A stretch of 32,000 nt of DNA from Pseudoalteromonas tetraodonis. GTDB lineage: Bacteria; Pseudomonadota; Gammaproteobacteria; Enterobacterales; Alteromonadaceae. Positions 20,638-28,808 of the stretch are shown piece by piece. The notes beneath the pieces were generated by a model, which was not told where the DNA came from, searched no databases, and worked only from the letters and a program-made list of their open reading frames with translations. How positions within the stretch are numbered: position 1 is the stretch's first letter; every line of letters starts with the position of its first letter. A program made the translations under genes and the position numbers. The stretch covers positions 3,180,001 through 3,212,000 of the forward strand of contig NZ_CP011041.1 in the NCBI RefSeq assembly GCF_002310835.1, in the 5' to 3' direction.

Positions 20638-20666
20638 TTTTTATCATTGCAGCGCAGTAGGTGCAA
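20638..20666 (-). promoter_or_regulatory. Candidate sigma70 promoter of the leu operon
   Basis: The minus strand reads TTGCAC, a 17 nt spacer, then TAAAAA, with a TG at the extended -10 position (TGATAAAAA). It sits about 35 nt upstream of the leader ATG. Confidence 0.5.
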
Positions 20667-20824
20667 GCATAAAAATGCCATAAAAATAATTACACAAGAC
20701 TTTTAAGGGATTTTAAATTCAATAAATAGATAAAAAAGAGATAAAGAATTCAACCTTGGAGGGCGTGGCGTTTAAATTAACAAGCACCGTAAAGTACAGT
20801 GCTTATTTTAACTTTTTTTAATAT

Positions 20825-21445
20825 TTACTCTTTCTTTTCTGCGCGTACGTAATTTGACGCACCACGAGTAATATAGCGTAACTGCCAAATAACTCGCTCA
20901 ATTAATTCATCGCGTTGCTGACCTTCAATATCTAGCGCTTCGGCGCCAGCATTAAATACCAACGTAACCATAGCCTCTGCCTGAATATACGCATGAATCG
21001 CATCACAGGGCGTTTCACTTTCTAAATAATGAGCAAGCTCTAAAATAAAGTGTTTCACTTCACGTGCTACTGCCGCTCTAAATGCTTTTGAGGTACCTGA
21101 GCGTTCACGCAGCAATAATCTAAATTGATTACTAGAGTTATCAATAAACTCCATAAAAGTAACCACAGACGTATTTATTACACTGCCGCCACTGGCTATT
21201 CGCCTACGAGCTTGACGCATCAGCTGACGCAGCGTTAAACCCGCTTCATCAACCATGGTTAAACCTAGCTCGTTCATATCTTTAAAGTGACGGTAAAAAG
21301 AGGTGGGCGCAATACCGGCTTCGCGCGCTACTTCACGCAAGCTCAAATTTGAAAAGCTATGATCAGCACTAAGCTGATTAAAAGCAGCTTCAATTAATGC
21401 TTGTCGTGTTTTTTGTTTCTGTTGTGCTCTAACGCCCGACATCAA
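20825..21445 (-). CDS. fabR: TetR-family repressor of unsaturated fatty acid synthesis, FabR
   Basis: 206 aa, nearly collinear with E. coli FabR (GVRAQQKxKTR, [49 protein letters not shown]). Confidence 0.95.
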   Translation of the reverse strand: MMSGVRAQQKQKTRQALIEAAFNQLSADHSFSNLSLREVAREAGIAPTSFYRHFKDMNELGLTMVDEAGLTLRQLMRQARRRIASGGSVINTSVVTFMEFIDNSSNQFRLLLRERSGTSKAFRAAVAREVKHFILELAHYLESETPCDAIHAYIQAEAMVTLVFNAGAEALDIEGQQRDELIERVIWQLRYITRGASNYVRAEKKE

Positions 21446-21511
21446 CAGCTCCCTGAATGAATTTGTAATAAATTTTTAATTAAAAAAATAGCTAATAGTA
21501 CAGTCTAATAC

Positions 21512-21540
21512 TTGACGGCAGCAGATTGAAATATTATTTT
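21512..21540 (+). promoter_or_regulatory. Candidate sigma70 promoter of desA
   Basis: TTGACG (21512-21517), a 17 nt spacer, then TATTTT (21535-21540). The predicted start site falls inside the FabR palindrome. Confidence 0.5.
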
Positions 21541-21558
21541 AGCGTACAGTTGTACGCT
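21541..21558. promoter_or_regulatory. FabR operator palindrome
   Basis: AGCGTACA-GT-TGTACGCT has perfect 8 bp arms. It matches my recollection of the gammaproteobacterial FabR box (AGCGTACA-nn-TGTACGCT). It lies 5 nt upstream of the desA ATG and 95 nt from the fabR start. Confidence 0.7.
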
Positions 21559-21563
21559 GAGAA

Positions 21564-22706
21564 ATGAGAAAGATGAAAAAACCACCACTTATATGGACCA
21601 ACGTCCTTTTCTTTAGCCTGACGTTTTTGGCTGCTGTTACACTTGTACCTTGGTATGGGTTTAACTATGGCTTTACAGGCACACAATGGGCTGCTTTTGT
21701 AGCTTGCATGTTTTTCGCGGGATTATCGATCACTGCGGGTTACCATCGTTTATGGGCGCACAAAACCTACAACGCACACCCGGTCGTTGAATTTATTTTT
21801 GCCTTAGGCGGCGCGTTTGCTTTGCAAAACAGTGCGCTGCATTGGAGCAGCGATCATCGTATTCACCACGGTCAAGTTGATGACCCTGTAAAAGACCCTT
21901 ATGCCGCTACCAACGGCTTTTGGTATAGTCACATAGGCTGGATGCTGCGCGACTACCAAGGCGATAGCTACGGTGATTACAGCAATTGCCGCGACCTACA
22001 ACGCAATAAAATAGTGATGTGGCAACATAAACATTACTTAAAGCTGGTAGTTGCCATGAATGTTGGTTTACCACTGGTATTAGGTTTAATGTTAGGTGAT
22101 GTGTGGGGCATGTTATTACTAACGGGACTACTTCGTTTAGTACTGAGCCAGCATTTTACCTTTTTTATTAACTCTGTTGCGCACATTTGGGGTTCTCGCC
22201 CTTACACAGAAAAAAATACCGCACGCGATAACGGCTTTTTAGCCTTATTTACTTATGGCGAGGGTTATCATAACTTTCATCATATTTTTGCTAGCGATTA
22301 CCGCAACGGCATTAAGTGGTTTCATTACGACCCAACTAAATGGATGATCCGCTCGTTAGCTGCACTTGGTTTAGCGAGTAAATTAAAGCGCACACCGGTT
22401 GAGCGCATAGAAAAAGCTAAAGCAGAAACCTTGATGAGCAAAACACAAGGTCGCCTCGCAAAATTGCCTTTAGCGCAAGATAAGCTTACATTATTACAAC
22501 AAGAGTACGATTTGTTGCTTAAAAAACTGCAAAATTATTGCTCATTACAAAAACAAGTGTTGGAAGCTAAAAAAAATAATATGGCAAAGCAGTGTGAAAA
22601 GTCGGCATTAATGGCACAATATCACGAGCTTGAGGCCGCCTGGGAAACACAAAAACAGGCATGGCTAGCACTTAATGCGAGGTTATTAAAAGCCTCTTTT
22701 AGTTAA
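21564..22706 (+). CDS. desA: Membrane fatty acid (acyl-lipid/acyl-CoA delta-9 type) desaturase, DesA-like, with a coiled-coil C-terminal tail
   Basis: 380 aa with N-terminal TM helices. All three His boxes are present: HRLWAH, HRIHH and HNFHH. Confidence 0.88.
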   Translation: MRKMKKPPLIWTNVLFFSLTFLAAVTLVPWYGFNYGFTGTQWAAFVACMFFAGLSITAGYHRLWAHKTYNAHPVVEFIFALGGAFALQNSALHWSSDHRIHHGQVDDPVKDPYAATNGFWYSHIGWMLRDYQGDSYGDYSNCRDLQRNKIVMWQHKHYLKLVVAMNVGLPLVLGLMLGDVWGMLLLTGLLRLVLSQHFTFFINSVAHIWGSRPYTEKNTARDNGFLALFTYGEGYHNFHHIFASDYRNGIKWFHYDPTKWMIRSLAALGLASKLKRTPVERIEKAKAETLMSKTQGRLAKLPLAQDKLTLLQQEYDLLLKKLQNYCSLQKQVLEAKKNNMAKQCEKSALMAQYHELEAAWETQKQAWLALNARLLKASFS

Positions 22707-22719
22707 AATAGGAGTGGCT

Positions 22720-24150
22720 GTGGCCAAACAACCAGAAAAGAAAAAAGTACCCGTGACATACCAATATGATGCAATCATTATTGGCACGGGTCCTGGCGGT
22801 GAAGGGACCGCTATGAACCTCTCTAAAAGTAACAAAAAAGTAGCGGTTATTGAACGCCAAACAGCCGTGGGTGGTGGCTGTGTACATTGGGGTACCATTC
22901 CTTCAAAGGCACTTCGTCATTCTGTTAGTCGCTACATTGAATACAAAGCAAATCCTTTATTTAACGTAGGCGAGCGTCCGGTAAGACTTACCTTTCCTGA
23001 TATTTTACGCCATGCCAGTTCGGTAATTTCAAAGCAGTCAAACTTACGCAGCAGTTTTTACGATCGTAACCGCATTCATATGTTTCAAGGCGACGCTAGC
23101 TTTGTTGATAAGCACACTATTGAAATTAGACGTAATGACGGTTCTACTGAGCGCCTTACTGCACAAACGATTGTTATTGCTACCGGCTCACGACCTTATC
23201 GCCCACCAGGGGTGGATTTCACCCACTCACGAATTTACGAAAGTGACACTATTTTAGGCCTTGAACACGACCCGCATCGCGTACTTATATACGGCGCGGG
23301 TGTAATTGGTTGTGAATATGCGTCTATCTTTAAAGGGCTAGGTGCCAAAGTCGACTTAGTGAATACTCGCGATCGCTTATTGGCGTTCATGGATGCTGAA
23401 ATATCTGATGCATTAAGCTATCACTTTTGGAATAGCGGTATTGTAATTCGTCATAACGAAGAGTTTGATCGCATTGAAACCCGTGATGACTGCGTTGTTA
23501 TGCATTTAAAATCGGGCAAACGTGTTAAAGCTGACTGTATTTTATTTGCCAATGGCCGAACAGGTAACACTGATACCCTTAATTTAGAAGCCATTGGCTT
23601 AAAAGCAGATAGCCGCGGACAGATAAAAGTAAACGAAACCTACCAAACAGAAGTAGACAATGTATACGCGGTAGGTGATGTTATTGGCTATCCAAGCCTT
23701 GCGAGTGCTGCCTTTGATCAAGGTCGAATTGCCGCAGATGCCATCGCGTGTGGTAATTGTGATGAAAAGCTGATTATTGATATTCCAGCCGGTATTTATA
23801 CTATTCCTGAAATGAGTTCTGTCGGTAAAACAGAGCAGCAATTAACTGCTGCAAAAGTACCGTATGAAGTGGGACGTGCGCAATTTAAACATTTAGCCCG
23901 CGCGCAAATTGCAGGCACCGATGTGGGCAGTTTAAAAATATTATTTCATACAGAAACCAAAGAAGTACTCGGCGTGCACTGCTTTGGTGAGCGTGCCTCT
24001 GAAATTGTGCATATTGGCCAAGCTATTATGGAACAAAAAAATGGTGGCAACACCATCGACTACTTTGTAAATACCACGTTTAACTACCCAACGATGGCAG
24101 AAGCCTACCGAGTTGCGGCGTTAAATGGTTTAAATCGCTTGTTTAAGTAA
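22720..24150 (+). CDS. sthA: Soluble pyridine nucleotide transhydrogenase
   Basis: Collinear with E. coli SthA (YDAIxIGxGPGGEG, [17 protein letters not shown], and the [25 protein letters not shown]-terminus). The GTG at 22720 sits 5 nt after AGGAG. The ORF-track GTG at 22714 overlaps the SD, so 22714 remains possible. Confidence 0.95.
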   Translation: MAKQPEKKKVPVTYQYDAIIIGTGPGGEGTAMNLSKSNKKVAVIERQTAVGGGCVHWGTIPSKALRHSVSRYIEYKANPLFNVGERPVRLTFPDILRHASSVISKQSNLRSSFYDRNRIHMFQGDASFVDKHTIEIRRNDGSTERLTAQTIVIATGSRPYRPPGVDFTHSRIYESDTILGLEHDPHRVLIYGAGVIGCEYASIFKGLGAKVDLVNTRDRLLAFMDAEISDALSYHFWNSGIVIRHNEEFDRIETRDDCVVMHLKSGKRVKADCILFANGRTGNTDTLNLEAIGLKADSRGQIKVNETYQTEVDNVYAVGDVIGYPSLASAAFDQGRIAADAIACGNCDEKLIIDIPAGIYTIPEMSSVGKTEQQLTAAKVPYEVGRAQFKHLARAQIAGTDVGSLKILFHTETKEVLGVHCFGERASEIVHIGQAIMEQKNGGNTIDYFVNTTFNYPTMAEAYRVAALNGLNRLFK

Positions 24151-24168
24151 TATTAAGCACTAGGTAAC

Positions 24169-24200
24169 AAAAAGCCCGCTTGAATCAAGCGGGCTTTTTT
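24169..24200. terminator. Bidirectional Rho-independent terminator (sthA/hemE)
   Basis: AAAA-AGCCCGCTTG-aat-CAAGCGGGCT-TTTTT: a 10 bp stem flanked by A and T runs, between convergent genes. Confidence 0.85.
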
Positions 24201-24223
24201 AATAACTCATCGTTATTTAGAAA

Positions 24224-25288
24224 CTATTTATGATATTGCGCACTTAATTCATGCACGGCGTTAATGAATACACCGGCATTTTCTGGGTCAACATCTGGTG
24301 TAATACCGTGGCCTAAATTAAATACATGGCCATTGCCAGTACCAAAGTCTTCTAAAATAGTACCAACCTCTTGGCGAATACGATCAGGCGTACCATGAAG
24401 CATTGATGGGTCCATATTACCTTGCAGTGCAACTTTATCGCCAACACGACGTTTAGCATCACCAATGTTAATAGTCCAATCTAAACCTACTGCGTCACAG
24501 CCCGTTGCGGCAATCGCTTCAATCCACTGACCACCATTTTTGGTAAATAAAGTAACCGGTACTTTACGGCCATCGTATTCACGAATTAAGCCATCAACAA
24601 TTTTATGCATGTATTGCAATGAAAACTCATTGTAATCACGCGGGCTTAGTACACCGCCCCATGAGTCAAATACCATTAGCGATTGCGCACCCGCTTTAAC
24701 TTGCGCGTTTAAGTAATCTATCACCGAATCAGCTAGTTTATCGAGTAATAAATGCAGTGTTTGCGGCTCAGCAAACGCCATTTTTTTGATTTTACCAAAT
24801 ACTTTACTGCTACCACCTTCAACCATGTAAGTTGCAAGTGTCCAAGGCGAACCAGAAAAACCAATTAATGGCACTTCGCCTTTAAGTTCACGACGAATAG
24901 TGCTCACTGCGTTCATTACATAGCCAAGCTCATCGGTAGGATCAAGTTTAGGAATTTTTTTAACATCAGCTAGTGACGAAATTGGGCGTTCAAACTTAGG
25001 GCCTTCGCCTGTTTCGAAGTACAAGCCTAATCCCATTGCATCGGGAATAGTTAAAATATCACTAAACAAAATAGCTGCATCTAATGGGTAACGGCGCAAA
25101 GGCTGTAATGTTACTTCACAGGCTAACTCAGCATTTCTACACAGGCTCATAAAATCGCCCGCTTGTGCACGTGTAGCACGGTATTCAGGTAAATAACGTC
25201 CTGCTTGACGCATCATCCATACCGGCGTGACATCAACAGGTTGCTTGGCAAGGGCACGTAAATAACGGTCGTTTTTTAATTCGCTCAT
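24224..25288 (-). CDS. hemE: Uroporphyrinogen decarboxylase
   Basis: The start at [13 protein letters not shown] gives 354 aa, the same length as E. coli HemE. Motifs are [16 protein letters not shown] and FDSWGG. The 19 codons added upstream in the ORF track are not conserved-looking. Confidence 0.96.
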   Translation of the reverse strand: MSELKNDRYLRALAKQPVDVTPVWMMRQAGRYLPEYRATRAQAGDFMSLCRNAELACEVTLQPLRRYPLDAAILFSDILTIPDAMGLGLYFETGEGPKFERPISSLADVKKIPKLDPTDELGYVMNAVSTIRRELKGEVPLIGFSGSPWTLATYMVEGGSSKVFGKIKKMAFAEPQTLHLLLDKLADSVIDYLNAQVKAGAQSLMVFDSWGGVLSPRDYNEFSLQYMHKIVDGLIREYDGRKVPVTLFTKNGGQWIEAIAATGCDAVGLDWTINIGDAKRRVGDKVALQGNMDPSMLHGTPDRIRQEVGTILEDFGTGNGHVFNLGHGITPDVDPENAGVFINAVHELSAQYHK

Positions 25289-25510
25289 AGCGTATAGAGT
25301 CCTAGGGCTTTTAGAAATTGTGCAAGATTGTACCACCATATTCACGCCCCCTCTATCGCTAAGCGATTAAATCGCTACAGAGTAGCGCTAGATCAAGTAA
25401 TTTTTAATTTTCATGTTACTTTGTACATAAAACAACCAAACAAACGTTAATAATAAAAACTTTTCATTAAACTATTTGCAACATCTAAAAAAGCTTGATA
25501 TTGTATCTCC

Positions 25511-25621
25511 CGCGTTAACAAAACAATAACAAAAATTGTTAATATAAAAATAATAAAAATAAGAATGCTTGTTTAAACAAGTCTAATAAAGAAATTAAAC
25601 CACCGTAATAGGTGGTTTTTT
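25511..25621 (+). ncRNA. Candidate small RNA (orphan promoter plus intrinsic terminator); hypothetical
   Basis: TTGCAA (25476-25481), a 17 nt spacer, then TATTGT (25499-25504) with an extended -10 TG. About 95 nt downstream, the hairpin AAACCACC-gtaata-GGTGGTTT is followed by a T run (25597-25621). There is no ORF of meaningful length, and the hairpin is about 160 nt upstream of rsd. Confidence 0.25.
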
Positions 25622-25782
25622 CTTGCCTGGAATAAATTACTTACAACTTATACCCTTAAACAAAATTCCCTCTGGTATTACATCTATTTTACTTGTTGAT
25701 ATACACGCCAATTAAATATATCTTGGATAACATAAGTTTTATTTTTAATTTAAAAAATCCAACCCAGCTTAGGAGAAGAATT

Positions 25783-26253
25783 ATGCTGAAGCGTGTAGAA
25801 AAAGCTCAACAAAAGTGGGGGGGTAGCCATACGGTCATCGATAATTGGTTAAACGAACGCCAAGAGTTGATTGTGCTTTACTGTAAAATTGCAGGCTTTT
25901 CACCTTATGAGAAAAAAGATCAGTCTTTGCCTGAACCATCACAAATTCAGGCATTTTGCCAAATTTTAATGGATTATTTATCTGCCGGCCACTTTGAAGT
26001 GTACGACGATATTGCTAAAGCCTGCGAAAAGAAAGGCCTAGAAAGCCAGCAACTCGCTAATACGATATACCCACGTATTTCAGATACCACTGACATCGCT
26101 CTGGATTTCAACGATAAGTACGCTGAGGTAGACGCTGAAGATTTACTAGAAGGCTTTGATAACGATCTTTCAGTAATGGGTGAAGCACTCGAAGCGCGCT
26201 TTGCACTTGAAGATGAGCTGATTGATAACTTATTTTCTAATCACACTGACTAA
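25783..26253 (+). CDS. rsd: Rsd/AlgQ family anti-sigma70 factor
   Basis: The start at MLKRVEKAQQKW is preceded by AGGAG (25771-25775). 156 aa, similar to E. coli Rsd (DYLSAGHF, GEALEARFxLEDxLI). Confidence 0.92.
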   Translation: MLKRVEKAQQKWGGSHTVIDNWLNERQELIVLYCKIAGFSPYEKKDQSLPEPSQIQAFCQILMDYLSAGHFEVYDDIAKACEKKGLESQQLANTIYPRISDTTDIALDFNDKYAEVDAEDLLEGFDNDLSVMGEALEARFALEDELIDNLFSNHTD

Positions 26254-26271
26254 TTAGTTATTCAACGTAAT

Positions 26272-26298
26272 AAAAAAGGGACCTAAGGTCCCTTTTTT
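26272..26298. terminator. Bidirectional Rho-independent terminator (rsd/fkpA)
   Basis: AAAAAAGGGACC-taa-GGTCCCTTTTTT between convergent genes. Confidence 0.85.
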
Positions 26299-26312
26299 AT
26301 TATCTATAACGC

Positions 26313-27065
26313 TTATTCTGCAGCGGCAGCTGCTGCATCATTTTGAATTTCTAATAATTCAACTTCAAAAATGAGTGTTGAATTAGCAGGAATTTTACCT
26401 AAGTCACGATCGCCGTAAGCAAGGTCTGAAGGAATAGTAAATTTGTACTTAGACCCTACAGGCATAAGTTGTAAACCTTCAGTCCAACCAGGAATTACAC
26501 GGTTTAGTGGGAACGTTGTCGGCTCGTTACGTGAGTAAGAGCTATCGAACTCAGTACCGTCTAACAATGTGCCTTTATAATGTACTTTAACCACATCAGT
26601 TGCTACTGGTTTTGCGCCTTCGCCTTCGCTCATTACTTCGTACTGTAAACCAGACTCAGTAACCATCACGCCTTCTTTTTTAGCGTTATCAGCTAGGTAT
26701 TTTTCACCTTCAGCTTTGCTTTTTTCAGACTCTACTTTTGCTTTTTCTTCTTGTTTAGTACGCACTGATTCGTCTAATGCTGTTAGTACTTCACGAATTT
26801 TCTCTTCGTCAATTTTTGCATTACCCGCAAGTGCATCTTCAAAGCCTCGCATTAATAAAGCTTGGTCTAATTCAATACCAATTTCTTTTTTATCCGCTAG
26901 GTCTTTATTTAAAAAGTTACCCACAGATGCACCAATACCGTACGCTTGTTGCTGTGCTACAGTATCTAGCTTAACGTCTGCTTGCTCTTTTTTTGCTTCT
27001 TGATTACAAGCTGTAAGCGCTAAAACTGACGCTGCAATCAATGACAATTTAATCGTCTTTCTCAT
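26313..27065 (-). CDS. fkpA: FKBP-type peptidyl-prolyl cis-trans isomerase (FkpA/Mip-like), probable lipoprotein
   Basis: The start at MRKTIKLSLIAASVLALTAC has a lipobox-like LTAC, and a GGAG RBS lies upstream. It has an N-terminal dimerisation helix region plus a C-terminal FKBP domain (VHYKGTLLDGTEFDSS, IPGWTEG, LIFEVELL). Confidence 0.92.
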   Translation of the reverse strand: MRKTIKLSLIAASVLALTACNQEAKKEQADVKLDTVAQQQAYGIGASVGNFLNKDLADKKEIGIELDQALLMRGFEDALAGNAKIDEEKIREVLTALDESVRTKQEEKAKVESEKSKAEGEKYLADNAKKEGVMVTESGLQYEVMSEGEGAKPVATDVVKVHYKGTLLDGTEFDSSYSRNEPTTFPLNRVIPGWTEGLQLMPVGSKYKFTIPSDLAYGDRDLGKIPANSTLIFEVELLEIQNDAAAAAAE

Positions 27066-27260
27066 TTTAAATCTCCGACACACTTTGCAGTTGCCATTTA
27101 TTGTAATATTACTAGTTAAAGATTAACGGCCTACATGGTAGGCTGCTTGTTTAATAGCTAAACTAAAAACATATCCAGTGATTAGACAAACAACCTAGGC
27201 GTTTAACGAGACCTAGTCTAACCTCTCAGTCACTAAGAGTTAAGAGGAAATACCTGTAAT

Positions 27261-28259
27261 ATGTCGTTATTTCGTACTTTTTTAGTCGCCACTTGCTGTT
27301 TATTAACAATTGCATGTAGTGATGAAAAACAACAAGCAGTGGCCAGTTTTGAGCACACTGCACAGGGCGCCTTTTCATCTGCGTTATCGCACGATGGTCA
27401 ATACAGCTTAGTGTCTTCTATCCATCATGGGGTCGCCCTTTGGGATAATCAACAGCAAGCGCTTAAATACCAATGGTTTCAACAGCAGGCTGAAGATAGC
27501 TTAGTTTATGCCGTAGCCATTGCTTTTGATAATAGCGTGGCTGTTACCGCCGAAAAAACCACCTTTGCGGTCTGGGATATTGCCACCGGCAAAAATAAAG
27601 GCTTTTATAAAATACAAAAAGCCAGCATTCGCGATATTGCCATTAGCAACCAAGGCCAAAGTGTTGTTTACGGGCGCAGCGATGGCGTTGTGGTATTTAT
27701 AAACCTTAACACAGGTAGGCGCATTGAATTTTTAGGCCATCAAGAAAAAGTAAATACCGTTGACCTATCACCCAACGGGCGCTATGCACTAAGCGGCTCT
27801 AACGATTATGTTGCCTACTTATGGGATACTCAAAGTGGGCAAGTAGTTCATCGCTTTAATCACCCAACCCGAGTAACGCAGGTCGCTTTAGATCCTCAAG
27901 GGCGCTATGCTTTTACCGCCGACAGTATGGCACAAGCAAATGTATGGAAGCTGACTACAGGTGACCTTGTTAGTAAACTAAAGTATATTGCGCGTCAGAA
28001 AATTTTTACCGCAGTGCGCTTTAACGATCAAGGCACTTTATTAGCAACCGGTTCACCCAATAAACGGGTTGATTTATGGCAGCTAACCAGCGGTGAAAAA
28101 ATTCAAACATGGCAAGTCACTCCGCGAGAAGGCAGTAAGCCCAAATCGGCAGTGGTACTTGATGTGGCATTTACAGATAACGGTAAATCATTGTTAACTG
28201 AAAGCTCGAGCGGAATCGCTGAGCGCTTTATTATACGAGAACCAAATGAACACAATTGA
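27261..28259 (+). CDS. Seven-bladed WD40/beta-propeller repeat protein, secreted or lipoprotein
   Basis: It has a signal sequence ending in LLTIAC. Seven repeats of the form DxxGxYxLxxSxDxxxxLWD are visible by eye. Confidence 0.85.
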   Translation: MSLFRTFLVATCCLLTIACSDEKQQAVASFEHTAQGAFSSALSHDGQYSLVSSIHHGVALWDNQQQALKYQWFQQQAEDSLVYAVAIAFDNSVAVTAEKTTFAVWDIATGKNKGFYKIQKASIRDIAISNQGQSVVYGRSDGVVVFINLNTGRRIEFLGHQEKVNTVDLSPNGRYALSGSNDYVAYLWDTQSGQVVHRFNHPTRVTQVALDPQGRYAFTADSMAQANVWKLTTGDLVSKLKYIARQKIFTAVRFNDQGTLLATGSPNKRVDLWQLTSGEKIQTWQVTPREGSKPKSAVVLDVAFTDNGKSLLTESSSGIAERFIIREPNEHN

Positions 28260-28461
28260 ACATCGGCTAATGGAACTTGAGGCTAAAGTGGCTTTTCAAG
28301 ACGAAACAATTGAAATTTTGAATGATGAAATAAAAGTTCACCAGCAACAGTTGGCAAAAATAAAGCGCCAAACCGAATTGCTGGCTGAAAAACTTAAAGA
28401 GTCACAAGCATCGCAACCTATGATGTCGAATATGCCGGAGCCTCCGCCACCGCATTACTAA
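28246..28461 (+). CDS. slyX: SlyX family protein
   Basis: 71 aa coiled coil. The segment IEHRLMELEAKVAFQDETIEILNDEI is typical of SlyX. It overlaps the WD40 gene by 14 nt. Confidence 0.9.
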   Translation: MNTIEHRLMELEAKVAFQDETIEILNDEIKVHQQQLAKIKRQTELLAEKLKESQASQPMMSNMPEPPPPHY

Positions 28462-28472
28462 ACTGTTTAGGT

Positions 28473-28676
28473 TTAGTCGCCTGGATTAAACACGCCAATG
28501 ATCTGTTCAAATTGGCGTGTTGATGCCTGCACAGCCTGCTCTGGTTGAGCCATTTTATGACCACACTGCATACATTCAACTTTTTCTACGTCATGCTCTT
28601 TGTAGAGCATTAACATATCCATGGTTTTACACTCAGGACACGTTGCTCCAGCAATAAATCGTTTTTTATGTTTCAC
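28473..28676 (-). CDS. yheV: YheV family zinc-ribbon protein
   Basis: 67 aa. KKRFIAGATCPECKTMD...VECMQCGH...IGVFNP aligns with E. coli YheV. Confidence 0.9.
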   Translation of the reverse strand: MKHKKRFIAGATCPECKTMDMLMLYKEHDVEKVECMQCGHKMAQPEQAVQASTRQFEQIIGVFNPGD

Positions 28677-28808
28677 TTCGTTTTTCCTACCATTTTAACT
28701 GACGTTATTTTATCGCAATATTTGCCTACTTGATACGATTGATATAGCTAATAAGATCCGTGTTATAATGGCTGCAATTCAATCAAGGCACAGTAAAGTA
28801 ACGTATTT

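Noticed and set aside
25289-25345. N-terminal extensions offered by the ORF track for hemE (to 25345), rsd (from 25693), norR (from 10220), fkpA (to 27083), the TIGR02444-like gene (TTG at 30679) and the orphan at 7595 (to 8059).
   Set aside because: The homologous protein N-termini begin at internal Mets, several of which have good SD sequences. The extensions are non-conserved-looking or overlap regulatory sites.
27129-27225. Small inverted repeats (GCCTAC-atg-GTAGGC and TTAGA...CTAGG/CCTAG-TCTAA) in the fkpA-WD40 divergent promoter region
   Set aside because: The stems are short (5-6 bp) and compatible with chance or ordinary operator sites. There is not enough signal for a specific call.
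28246-28259. The WD40/slyX and yheS/TIGR02444 junctions are both 14 nt overlaps beginning ATGAAC
   Set aside because: The shared sequence is only ATGAAC plus a stop, which is most simply coincidence. Each overlap is reported separately as ordinary translational coupling.
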